DNA of 64,000 bases from an uncultured delta proteobacterium. Its GTDB lineage: Bacteria > Desulfobacterota > Binatia > UBA9968. The stretch covers positions 32,001-96,000 of the forward strand of contig CAVYTU010000019.1 in assembly GCA_963771465.1 (NCBI GenBank), written 5' to 3'. The first letter of the stretch is position 1, and each line of letters opens with the position of its first letter. The notes below the pieces were generated by a model. The model was not told the origin of the DNA. It saw only the letters and a program-made list of their open reading frames with translations, and searched no databases. Below are positions 1 through 9,122 of this stretch, in pieces. The translations under genes and the position numbers were made by a program.

Positions 1-344
1 ATTATATGAACGTTAAAGAGTACCGAGGCGCCGAAGGCGAGATCGTTTCTGAGCATTACGCCTTCCTGGTAACCGAGGCCGAATTCGACGAGATCTTCGC
101 GCGCATTCGGGAACGGCATCTGCCCTATTGGGCCGATCCGGGTCGCAGCCAGCGGGACCAGATCAACCAATGGGATGGCGGCCGCGGGGTCTACTTCGAA
201 GATCCCAACGGTCATATTCTCGAAGCGATCACGCGACCCTACGGCAGCGGCGGCACGACGGCGGCGCGACCGCACCCGTTGCTCGCGGCAAACGGGAACC
301 GCGCACCTGAAAACCGCCACAATGATTCAGACCGGCAGAAATGA
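1..344 (+). CDS. VOC/glyoxalase family protein (5' partial)
   Basis: HYAFLV...GGRGVYFEDPNGHILE motifs; frame is open to the window edge. Confidence 0.8.
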   Translation, partial: YMNVKEYRGAEGEIVSEHYAFLVTEAEFDEIFARIRERHLPYWADPGRSQRDQINQWDGGRGVYFEDPNGHILEAITRPYGSGGTTAARPHPLLAANGNRAPENRHNDSDRQK

Positions 345-417
345 AGGCGCTGATATGGAGACGCCGAACGGCCCCGATCAGTGACCCGCATGAGAGACTT
401 CATGAGCGAAAGATACC

Positions 418-555
418 TCAAGGGATAGCGGGTTTCTTGACGAGGCTTTCGGTAACGAATGGGAAATTGTCCGCGAGCCAGGCGTCGAGCCCGCCTTCGA
501 GCGGGCGGACTCTGGTGATTCCTGCTGTCTCCAGGTGTTCGACAAACCGTCTCAT
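418..555 (-). pseudogene. 45-aa ORF carrying a duplicated rhodanese C-terminal fragment
   Basis: MRRFVEHLETAGITRVRPLEGGLDAWLADNFPFVTESLVKKPAIP*; ATG overlaps the cupin stop (TGATG); nearly identical to the 3' end of the 2165-3514 gene. Confidence 0.6.
429..523. repeat. 95-bp direct repeat, copy 1 (copy 2 at 2176-2270)
   Basis: cgggtttcttgacgaggctttcggtaacgaatgggaaattgtccgcgagcca...ggtgattcct at both sites with few mismatches. Confidence 0.95.
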
Positions 556-995
556 CACTGTTTTGGCACAGTTACAGTCTGTCCAACGATACCCGCGTAA
601 AACACGACAATTTCCGCGGGAACGGTTCCTTCATTAATTCCATAGTGGAGTGTGTTCACCACCTCAACTATAGGATCTCCCGCCTTCAAACGCAGCACTT
701 TCCCGTCCGTGGTCTTGACCGTGAGTTGCCCGCTCATCAGCACGCCGGCATTGATCACCGGATGACTGTGAGTCTCGAGCCGCGCGCCGGCAGGTATACT
801 GATTTTCAGAATCGTGATCTCGGGCTGACCTTGCGGATACGGAACCAATAACTTCCCGTCCCAGCTCTTGCTACTCCTGACCAGTTCCTTGACGGAGATG
901 GAAGCGTGGTTAGCCTCCTCCTTGGTCGCACAGCTAAACTGAATGAGAACAAGGACGGAGAGGATTGCGAAATTTCGAACGGTTTCTCTTGTCAT
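555..995 (-). CDS. Cupin domain protein, probable lipoprotein
   Basis: Signal ending FSC; KSWDG...HSHPVINAGVLMSGQL...H cupin motifs. Confidence 0.8.
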   Translation of the reverse strand: MTRETVRNFAILSVLVLIQFSCATKEEANHASISVKELVRSSKSWDGKLLVPYPQGQPEITILKISIPAGARLETHSHPVINAGVLMSGQLTVKTTDGKVLRLKAGDPIVEVVNTLHYGINEGTVPAEIVVFYAGIVGQTVTVPKQ

Positions 996-1097
996 CGAGG
1001 TGCCTCTGAATCGTGTGTAGATGTTTCGCTTTGACCAGCGCCACCTCGAACATCGACTCGTCGGTCTGACGCCGGAGTAGCTGGCCGGGCGCGCTGT

Positions 1098-1886
1098 TCA
1101 GTCGACCACCGATCGATCGGGAACGAGCGACCGCTGGACCCACTGGAACATCCGCCATCCGACGGGGTCAGGGGCGAGTGTCGACGCTGCAACCGAAGCG
1201 GCCTCGTCAGAGATCGGTCGCCCGTTGGGCGCTTTCACGTGGACCTCAGCCACCCGTTCGGCCATCACAAACCATCCGACCGATTCCTCCACCGACCGGC
1301 CGACCGTGAGCAGGCCGTGATTGCGCAGGATGCAGAACTTCCTGTCGCCGAGTGCCGCGGCGATGCGCTTGCCGCCATCGATCGAAAGCACCTCCACCTC
1401 CTCATCGTCGAAGAGGGCCTGGTCGAACACGAAGGCACACGCCTCCTGACTGAGCGCCCGAAACGGCTCGACGTTGGCCGACCATGGCGTGCCGAAGGCG
1501 GTGTGGGTGTGAGATGCGCTCACGATATCGGGACGGGCAGCGAGCAGCGGATGGTGGATGTAGTAGCCGGCCGTGTTGACGGCGCCGGTGGCGTTGCCGT
1601 CGGCATCCTTCACTTCGCCGCCGGGCCCGACCAGCACCAACTGGTGGACCGTCGCCTCGGCGAATGGGATACCCCAGTCGAGCAGCCAGAAGTGGTCGGT
1701 CCACTCGGGGTCACGGGCCGATACGTGGCCGTCGCCGAGCATCCCCCACCGCATCGCGCCGAAGATGCGGTATCCAAGCGCACACATCCGTTTGCGATGC
1801 GCCCGTTCGTCGGCAACCGAACGGACGGTGCCGTAGGGCTCGACCCCGTTGAACGGTGGATAGGGACTCGTTGTCATGTCATCCAT
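1098..1886 (-). CDS. Class II aldolase/adducin family protein
   Basis: GHVSARDPE, IHHPL, SHTH, ILRNHGLLTVG motifs. Confidence 0.9.
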   Translation of the reverse strand: MDDMTTSPYPPFNGVEPYGTVRSVADERAHRKRMCALGYRIFGAMRWGMLGDGHVSARDPEWTDHFWLLDWGIPFAEATVHQLVLVGPGGEVKDADGNATGAVNTAGYYIHHPLLAARPDIVSASHTHTAFGTPWSANVEPFRALSQEACAFVFDQALFDDEEVEVLSIDGGKRIAAALGDRKFCILRNHGLLTVGRSVEESVGWFVMAERVAEVHVKAPNGRPISDEAASVAASTLAPDPVGWRMFQWVQRSLVPDRSVVD

Positions 1887-2033
1887 GGTACCTCGCGCAA
1901 TTCAGTTGGGTGTTTCTGCATGGGATATTTCAAACACACCGCGAATTCCAGTCAACTCTCCGACGATTGACACGCTCGCCAGTTCAGCGATATTGCTGCG
2001 AGCAGAAAAAAGGTTGTTTCAATTTCCTGTACC

Positions 2034-2071
2034 GGAGAGGCGCTGTGTTAAGCAAAGAAGACAACGAATTC
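2034..2071 (+). pseudogene. 5' stub of a Rieske oxygenase gene
   Basis: GGAGAGG RBS then GTG-LSKEDNEF, like MLSREENEL (57594) and MLPREENDM (29406); similarity stops after about 9 codons. Confidence 0.35.
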
Positions 2072-2164
2072 GAGTGCACGGAGCATGGGTCAGGAGCAAG
2101 GGTCAGGTGTATTTTGACATTGCGGATTGTTGGCGGCACCAGCGGCTCCGAAAAATACCTTCTC

Positions 2165-3514
2165 TCAAAGGACAACGGGTTTCTTGACGAGGCTTTCGGT
2201 AACGAATGGGAAATTGTCCGCGAGCCAAGCGTCGATCCCGCCTTCGAGCGGGCGGACCCTGGTGATTCCTTTAGCTCGTAGCAGCAGCGCCACACGGGCG
2301 CTGGTCGCTTCGTTGGGTCACGAACAGTAGAGAACGACGTCGCGATCCCGGGGAATCTCTCCGTGGCGCTCTTCGATCTCTTCCATAGCTATACGAAGGG
2401 CACCCGGGATCATCTGAGGAAACGCCTCGATATCCATGGGCTGGCGCAAGTCCACGATTGAAAGGTTTTCTCCTGCGGTGAGTTTGTCCATGAGTTCTTT
2501 CGGCGTGATGCGCGCAATCCGCAGCCGGCGAAGAAAGCGTCGCCGCTGGATGAACTTCCACAAAACATAAGCTGCCAAACTTCCGGCCAGGACTGCGACG
2601 AGCCAACCGCCCCAGCGCAGTGCGATCCGCTCGAGTTGATCGCCGAGCATCAAGCCCAAGCTCGTGACGGTGACGACCCAGAGGAATCCGCCCAGGGAAT
2701 CGAAGATCAGGAAACGTCGCACGGGCATGCGAAAGACTCCCGCTAGAGACGGTGCTGCGGTATTCAGACCGGGTATAAATTTGGCAACGAGCAAAGAACG
2801 GACGCCATGCCGGACGAAAAGGTTCTCAGTCCGCCGCACGCAGGAGTCCGGTTCGAGAGAAATGCGGCACAGCAGCTTCAGTATGCGCCCGCCACGGTAA
2901 CGGCCTAGAGAGTACCAGAACAGGTCAGCCAAAATAACCGCGATGAACGCCAAGGTTACCGCGAACGTCAAATTCATTTTACCGGCGCGGGCCAGCGCGC
3001 CGGCCGCGATCAACAGAGGAGCAGCCGGGATAGGCAGACCAAGCTGTTCGAGCAGCACCCACCCGAACAGCACGGTGTAGCCGTGTCTGATCAGGAAGTC
3101 GGCAGCTTGTTCCAGGCTCAAATCCCGGAAAGCCTGCGGCACTAGGCTCGCGAAAAAGAAACTAAGGACAGTCAATATCAGCGCCGCAACCGCCGATTCG
3201 ACATAGATCCAACGAGCCTGGGAGCGGAGTCGTTTGTCGACGCTTTCATCGCCGACGGACTCTTCGGTGCCGTTCATCTTGCGCGCGCCGCGCGCGGCCA
3301 AAGCGACTCAGGTCTTTTTGCGAGCCTGGGAAACAGCGAGAGTTCCTATCCAGAACGGCAGAAATAGCGTCGCATACCACCCGCGGCTTACATCTGCACG
3401 CGCGAAGACGACCGCCAGGACGACGCCCAGCGCGAGCATGGCGACACCCATGAGCTGGCGCTTACGGATCTCCTTCGGCCCGATATTGGCGAGCTCTGCT
3501 TTTCCGACGTTCAT
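2165..3514 (-). CDS. Predicted double-selenocysteine membrane protein: N-terminal membrane domain (T-U-V), DedA/VTT domain, rhodanese domain (C-S-U-P); 449 aa
   Basis: ORFs 3308-3514 and 2318-3301 are in one frame; readthrough gives QARKKT-U-VALAARG and VVLYCS-U-PNEATSARVALLLRAKGITRVRPLEGGIDAW, completing the rhodanese fold; DedA motifs EQLGLPIP and AKFIPG; hairpin after each TGA. Confidence 0.85.
2176..2270. repeat. 95-bp direct repeat, copy 2
   Basis: Matches 429-523. Confidence 0.95.
2280..2317 (-). promoter_or_regulatory. Bacterial SECIS-like hairpin for the TGA at 2318-2320
   Basis: Minus strand: TGA, 14 nt, then CAGCGCC-cgtgt-GGCGCTG (7-bp stem, GU in loop). Confidence 0.7.
3278..3307 (-). 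promoter_or_regulatory. Bacterial SECIS-like hairpin for the TGA at 3308-3310
   Basis: Minus strand: TGA, 12 nt, then GCGCGC-ggc-GCGCGC with a CTT/AAG lower stem. Confidence 0.55.
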
Positions 3515-3613
3515 CGAAAGCCACCGGTACTTTTGTTCATTATTTCGATCTCCGCTCAGGTTTCACCTTTAATAGCCGACACTCGTACATCCGACCGGAG
3601 AGCGCAAAGCCAG

Positions 3614-3870
3614 CTTAATTCTCTGCAGCGCACGGTTTACTTTGATGGATGACAATTAAGAAAGTTGGCAAGCTGGGAAGCGAGATAACCCCTGCTGCAA
3701 AACGGCTTCGCGGGATGAGTTGATCGCGGGCCTTTACTACTTTCCCCAGCCGGCCCTTGCGGAGCAATATCTCGGCTGAAAGTCCCGACTGGCTGGCTAC
3801 GCTCTTAAGCAAACCCTTTAACGATACGCGCCGCGAGACGGTGGCGCAATTGTTTCTTTGGCAATTTTCT
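3614..3870 (-). pseudogene. Decayed C-terminal HTH of a Y1/REP-associated tyrosine transposase-like gene, copy 1
   Basis: Frameshifted LKSVASQSGLSAEILLRKGR...KARDQLI/REAVLQQGY/LASQLANFLNCHPS; direct repeat of 4824-5082. Confidence 0.6.
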
Positions 3871-3952
3871 CGCGAACCCACTGCAACACGCCAACGCCGC
3901 GTTCATGCCGCGCAATCCCGCCTGGCGTTCGCGGCTTCTCGAGACTGCCTTG

Positions 3953-4639
3953 CTAAAATTTGGTGATGTCCCTGAATCCGTCGGTCACAGATTGCAGGTC
4001 TGCGAACGCTTCCGGTAGATTTAGTAAGAGATTCGTGCCTCCAGACGATACAGTGCCTGCTATGTTGGCCTCACGAAAGGTTCCCTTGTTCTGTTCGTGT
4101 GTAATGCTTCCCGGTGTTCTGATATAAAAGCGATTCCTGGTTACTGCGGGCTGGCTAGTTGCCGTCCAGGTGAGGTCTACGGAAACATCGAAGGAGTTTC
4201 CGGACACAGAATCTATGAGTTCCACGGTTTTAGTCAGTATGGCGGACTCGAGCTTCTTGTCGATTTGAAATTCAGAGGCCGAGACGGCTATGGTGCTCTC
4301 AGCGCTTAACACTAGCTCATCCTGGCAGATATCGACTCCCTCGATAAATACGTCGACCGCGGACCCGTTGGCCGGCTTGCCGGGACCGTCACGTTCGGTG
4401 CCCTCAGAGGCCCGCACACCTACGCTGGTGAGGATACATCCGTCGACACCGTCAAAAAATGCGATCGCGACCAACCCCTTGAATCTAAATTGGGTCTTCT
4501 CTGCCGCCCAGGAGGATACCGGCGCGGTGAAAGCCGTGAGAATAAAAACCAGCGCAAGAGCCGCAAACTTCGTTAGTCGCATTTTTGTCTTTTGCCGTGA
4601 CAGGAACTTCACATCGAAATGTAAATTCATTCGATTCAT
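3953..4639 (-). CDS. Hypothetical secreted protein (true start probably the MRLTKF Met at 4582)
   Basis: Signal peptide ending SSWA; beta-rich mature region with two Cys. Confidence 0.7.
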   Translation of the reverse strand: MNRMNLHFDVKFLSRQKTKMRLTKFAALALVFILTAFTAPVSSWAAEKTQFRFKGLVAIAFFDGVDGCILTSVGVRASEGTERDGPGKPANGSAVDVFIEGVDICQDELVLSAESTIAVSASEFQIDKKLESAILTKTVELIDSVSGNSFDVSVDLTWTATSQPAVTRNRFYIRTPGSITHEQNKGTFREANIAGTVSSGGTNLLLNLPEAFADLQSVTDGFRDITKF

Positions 4640-4768
4640 ACTCCTCGTGCATTAAAGATTTTCGAGTAGCTATCACGTTCGCGTTTGCTTGACCAGGCAA
4701 GTTGGCGGTAATTTTATGCCGAGGAATTGCTCTAGCGCGTGACGGCCGAAATGTTTTTTTCAACTCCG

Positions 4769-4792
4769 TTGACATTTAGATATGCGTGTCAA
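4769..4792. promoter_or_regulatory. TTGACA-N12-TGTCAA palindrome (operator or divergent -35 boxes)
   Basis: ttgacatttagatatgcgtgtcaa upstream of the 3953-4639 gene. Confidence 0.35.
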
Positions 4793-4823
4793 TCTGTGCG
4801 TCAGACTTGCCTAAGTCTACTAA

Positions 4824-5082
4824 CTTAATTTCTCTGCAGCGCGTGGCTTACGTTTGATGGATGACATTAAAGAAATTTGGCAAGCGGGGAAACGAGATAA
4901 CCCTGCTGCAATGCGGCTTCGCGGATGAATGGATCGCGGGCATTTACTACGTGCCCCAGCGCCGGCCCTTACGCAGCAATATCTCGGCCGAAAGTCCCGA
5001 CTGGCTGGCTACGCTCTTGAGCAAACCCTTTAGCGAAACGCGCCGCGAGACGGTGGCGCAATTGTTTCTTTGGCAATTTTCT
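4824..5082 (-). pseudogene. Decayed transposase C-terminal HTH, copy 2
   Basis: Homologous to 3614-3870; frameshift and in-frame TAA; followed by the AGACTT-gcct-AAGTCT hairpin at 4803-4818. Confidence 0.6.
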
Positions 5083-5224
5083 TAATGAATCGCTCCGGTC
5101 CGGAAATAGTCTGTTCATGAGAATCAGGCGGCAAAAAAAGACTCCGCGCTCGAATGGATGTTTGCCGACTTCGGCACGAGTCCGTTCGCCCAGAACCGTT
5201 CGGAAGTCGTGCTCATCGCTGCCA

Positions 5225-6187
5225 TTATTTGCGCACGCGCATGCCGAGCTTGGCGTCCCATTGAAGAACCTTGTCGCTCTTGGGCAGGGGCGCTTCGGCA
5301 ACTTCGCCGACTGACACGCCGTATTTCCAGTCCGCCGGGCAGATGGCGATGTAGCGCGCGTAGCCGCCCAGGCCGCCGGCGAATTTCGGATAGCCGATAG
5401 CGATCAAACAGCCTTTCTCGGGGACTTTGTCCAAGTTCGTGACCCCTTCCGCCTGGGCGTAGCCGTTGTGCATCAGCCAAGCTTCTCCTTCGAGGTTGGG
5501 AGTGGTGTCGGTGTCGAGAGGCTCGTGACCGTGAAATAGGATGTGACGTTCCTCGTGGAGAAATTGCAGCGCTTCCAACGACACGCCGGGAAAAATGGTC
5601 TGGCTTGCCAGCGACGGATCGGGCCAGCGCTTCGACCAATCCGAACGCACCATCACCACCGAACCGGCTGGAATCTTGCCATTCCGTTTCTCCCAGCTCT
5701 CGATATCCGAGCGCCAGAGATGATAGCCGGGATCTTTGGCCACCTGATCGACGATCGAAATTACCGCCAGCGGGCGCACGGCATAGGTCGCCGGCAGTTC
5801 GTCAATGGCGGGATACTCCGGCGCCCAGTGCGCCGGCGGATCGAGCTGGGTGCCGAATTGGTCGGTGGGCAAATCGTAGTGCGTCGCCTCGAAGCCGTCC
5901 TTTGTGTAAGTGTAAGGCTGCCTGGTTTCAGGATTGATCGTCGGAGCGAATATCGCCGGCGCAAAGCCCTTCCACACCGGGATCGATGGCGTAAGAGTGT
6001 GTGTCAGATCGATGTACTTGGCTCCTTTAAGGGAACGATCGTAGACACGCCAAAGGTCGGACCGCGCTGAACCCCGCGATTCAGTTTTTTGGGCCGACGA
6101 CGCTTTACGCCCACAACCTGTCGTGAAGACCATCAGACCCAAGACGAGAAACAAGAGAAATGACCTAAATGCCATGATTGCACCCAT
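5225..6187 (-). CDS. Cyclase family (kynurenine formamidase-like) lipoprotein
   Basis: IDLTHTL, QFGTQLDPPAHW, GHEPLDTD, EGVTNLDKVP; lipobox TTGC. Confidence 0.88.
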   Translation of the reverse strand: MGAIMAFRSFLLFLVLGLMVFTTGCGRKASSAQKTESRGSARSDLWRVYDRSLKGAKYIDLTHTLTPSIPVWKGFAPAIFAPTINPETRQPYTYTKDGFEATHYDLPTDQFGTQLDPPAHWAPEYPAIDELPATYAVRPLAVISIVDQVAKDPGYHLWRSDIESWEKRNGKIPAGSVVMVRSDWSKRWPDPSLASQTIFPGVSLEALQFLHEERHILFHGHEPLDTDTTPNLEGEAWLMHNGYAQAEGVTNLDKVPEKGCLIAIGYPKFAGGLGGYARYIAICPADWKYGVSVGEVAEAPLPKSDKVLQWDAKLGMRVRK

Positions 6188-6347
6188 AAAAAAACTCTCC
6201 GCTGCATATTGTTGTTTTGTCTTGGCAGAAACAGTTCGAGATTGCGCATTGATGGCTCGTCCTAGGAGTCTCGACTATCGCCGTTTTTGGCAGGATGGTA
6301 GAGCCATCAATTACAAATAATCTCTCGATTCGCAATGGACGCAATTG

Positions 6348-6384
6348 AAAAAAACGAAAGGGCGGGTTAACGACCCGCCCTTTC
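6348..6384 (-). terminator. Rho-independent terminator
   Basis: GAAAGGGCGGGT-taacg-ACCCGCCCTTTC hairpin with an A-tract on its left. Confidence 0.65.
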
Positions 6385-6723
6385 ATCTTGCCACAAAAGC
6401 TCGCGCTTCGAATTTATGCTTTTCCCGCCGCCTTCAATCCTTTCAATACTGAGCGGCAGTTTGTTGGCCGGTTTTTGCATTGGGTTTTCCAAGCCAGGAA
6501 GCGAGAAGGCGTCGCAAGATTTTTTTGGTACATACTTCAGATTCCCTCTCTATCTGGCATACTTTAATAACAGTCGAAAAAATTTTCAGCACGACTGTCC
6601 TAAAAGCGCTCGCTCATTCGTCGCGCTATTGAGTATTAAGTGAGCCAATCGGTGCCTGGCGGGCGAATGCAGCAGCAATGTCTCCAAAACTATTTTGGCG
6701 AAAAGCTTAAGGAGGTTTGAACC

Positions 6724-7458
6724 ATGGCACAGGAGAAAATCAATGCGACGCGTCGACAAACCAATTTGCCGAACGAATCTGACCCATATCAGTTCAAGCG
6801 AGAAGAACTTCGACTGGCGGAAATTGAGCTCATGCGCCAGCGAGAGCGAGTAGCAGAACTTCGCCGCGAGCTGCCGCAAGGCGCGGCGCTTCAGGATTAT
6901 GCATTCGAAGAGGGTCCGGCGAATCTCGATGCCGGCGACACGCCGATTCGCACCGTCCGCCTGAGCGAACTGTTCAGCGCGCCTAATCGTTCGTTGGTCG
7001 TCTATCAGTTTATGTTCGGAAAGAAGAACACCACGCCGTGCCCAATGTGCACGCTCTGGATCGATGGTTGGAATGGTGTCGCCCACCATCTGGCTCAGAA
7101 CGTCGACGTTGCGATCGTGGCCGCGGCCGATCCGATGGCGTTGCGCGCACATGCACGCGCGCGCGGGTGGCACAGGCTTAGGCTGCTGAGTTGCGGCGCC
7201 AACACGTTCAAATACGATCTCGGCAGCGAAGACCGCGAGGGAAATCAGGATTCGACCATTTCCGTTTTCACTCGAGATACTGACGGAACCCTGCGCCACT
7301 TCTACTCAATTCATCCGTCTTTCTCGAGCGACATCAAAGAGCGCGGTATCGATCTGTACTGTCCCGTTTGGCATATCTTGGATCTCACTCCACAGGGGCG
7401 CGGTGATTGGATCGCGGACCTTGGTTACGGCACGAACGTGAGTGCGGCGCGTCGTTGA
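6724..7458 (+). CDS. DUF899 family thioredoxin-like protein
   Basis: AELRRELP, LSELF, CPMC, LDLTPQGR; GGAGG RBS. Confidence 0.9.
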   Translation: MAQEKINATRRQTNLPNESDPYQFKREELRLAEIELMRQRERVAELRRELPQGAALQDYAFEEGPANLDAGDTPIRTVRLSELFSAPNRSLVVYQFMFGKKNTTPCPMCTLWIDGWNGVAHHLAQNVDVAIVAAADPMALRAHARARGWHRLRLLSCGANTFKYDLGSEDREGNQDSTISVFTRDTDGTLRHFYSIHPSFSSDIKERGIDLYCPVWHILDLTPQGRGDWIADLGYGTNVSAARR

Positions 7459-7906
7459 ATGTCGTCGTAGCGACCCACGCAGACTGAGCATTGGAGCTTG
7501 AGCACGAAGTCGCCAACATCAAATTTACGGTATCCATATCTTTAGGCCGAACTTTTCCTGCCGGAATGCGGGTATGTGTCAGATCTTCTCCTTTGAGAAG
7601 GATATTGACCAATGGATGGCCGAAATCATTTCGGGGTGGACTGAAGTGGAATTTATTCCCAAGCCGATTGATGCACCGGCGTTTCTAGCGGCAGTTGATA
7701 AGCTCGCACGTAAATCAAAGTAATTATTCCCAAACGATTTTCCGCCAGATGATCGCCGCTGATCAAATAACGATGGACAATCTTGACCTGATTATTTATG
7801 CCGACCGATCGTATAAGGCAGAATTGTCATCGCGTGGTTCGAGCACATCTTCCATAATGCGAACGTAATTCCTTAACACTTCCCGGAAGCATCCATCAAA
7901 GAATGG

Positions 7907-7922
7907 CGGCACGATGCATGCT
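7907..7922 (+). promoter_or_regulatory. Putative sigma54 promoter
   Basis: cGGcacgatgcatGCt, GG-N10-GC, upstream of 8086/8256. Confidence 0.5.
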
Positions 7923-8085
7923 CTGCTCTCGTTGGTCGGGGCAGAGAAGACACATCTTCGTGTCACTTCTTGACTAAAGACTTCTTGCCCCGGCACTACT
8001 TGCACCTACGTTTGGAACCCATTCATGAAATCCGACTGCATTGTGCTGCGGACTGCGCTCGTTTGAAGGAACTGACAGGCCGTTC

Positions 8086-8253
8086 ATGAAAAAAATGACC
8101 GCCAACCTCGAACGCCTAGTCTGTCCGAAATGCGATAGTAGCGACGTGCGGCTATCTCATTTGATGAATGAAATGGAGAAAGACGTAAGCCCTATATTTA
8201 TTAGCCCGTACCGCTGTCAGGATTGTGGGTATCGCTTCTGGGAAATGAATTAA
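8086..8253 (+). CDS. Small zinc-ribbon protein
   Basis: CPKC...PYRCQDCGYRFW. Confidence 0.6.
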   Translation: MKKMTANLERLVCPKCDSSDVRLSHLMNEMEKDVSPIFISPYRCQDCGYRFWEMN

Positions 8254-8255
8254 CC

Positions 8256-9122
8256 ATGAACATACCCGAGACCACCCAAGTGCAGCGAAAAGCTAATCTA
8301 CCCCACGACCAATTTTTAGCCGAGCATCTGGCGCAGTCGCGTCCAGTGATTTTGACGGACGCCATCTCCCACTGGAAGGCATTAACGCAATGGACGCCAA
8401 AGTTTTTTTTAGAGCGATATGGTTCTGCCACGGTGATTATCGACGGCAAGTCCTACGCAATGGCAGATTTCATCCAATCAGTTTTGCATTCAGAACAAGA
8501 TCACCCCGCTCCATACCTGCGTAATTATCTTATCGAAAGATATTTCCCTGAGTTGTTGCCGGATATCATGCCGCTGCCTCAATACATGCGGCCTAATTGG
8601 TTCGAAAGCCGCCTTTTCCCGTCAAAACAATCATGTACCTTCCTTGAGTTATATATCGGCGGACGTGGCGCGACCTTTCCGTCTTTACACTTTGATGGAT
8701 GGCATACCCATGCGTTTTTGATGCAACTCCACGGCGTGAAGCAGTACCTATTTTTACCGCCTGAACAAACACCTTTAGTATACCCAGGCAGAGCCGGGGC
8801 CCATAACGTTTCCGTGCTCGAAGATGTCGAACACCCGGACTTAATGCGGTTTCCGCTTTTCGCTCAAGCAACCCCCATTCGCTGTGAGCTTCATCCTGGA
8901 GAAACCCTCTTTGTCCCCGCCGGATGGTGGCACACCGCTCGCATTTTGAGTCCGTCCATTACCGTTTCCGCCAACACTGCCAATAGTACGAATTGGCAAC
9001 AATTGGTACCGGACTACTGTGCATACATGGGAAGCCAAAAATCACGGCTGTATAACCACGCGCTGCGATTGCAGTTGGAGATGCTCGGGCTGCTTGCTCC
9101 CCTTTTGGATTGGATCTATTAG
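8256..9122 (+). CDS. JmjC/cupin-like (Cupin_8) 2OG-Fe(II) oxygenase
   Basis: RPVILTDAISHW, LHFD (HxD), GETLFVPAGWWH. Confidence 0.9.
   Translation: MNIPETTQVQRKANLPHDQFLAEHLAQSRPVILTDAISHWKALTQWTPKFFLERYGSATVIIDGKSYAMADFIQSVLHSEQDHPAPYLRNYLIERYFPELLPDIMPLPQYMRPNWFESRLFPSKQSCTFLELYIGGRGATFPSLHFDGWHTHAFLMQLHGVKQYLFLPPEQTPLVYPGRAGAHNVSVLEDVEHPDLMRFPLFAQATPIRCELHPGETLFVPAGWWHTARILSPSITVSANTANSTNWQQLVPDYCAYMGSQKSRLYNHALRLQLEMLGLLAPLLDWIY

Noticed and set aside
2318-3301. ORF-track call of a standalone 327-aa DedA protein ending LYCS
   Set aside because: It stops in the rhodanese active-site loop; in-frame TGA readthrough explains both ends better
6400-6560. Possible small minus-strand gene ahead of the terminator at 6348-6384
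   Set aside because: The open stretch has no convincing start or RBS and no recognisable motif
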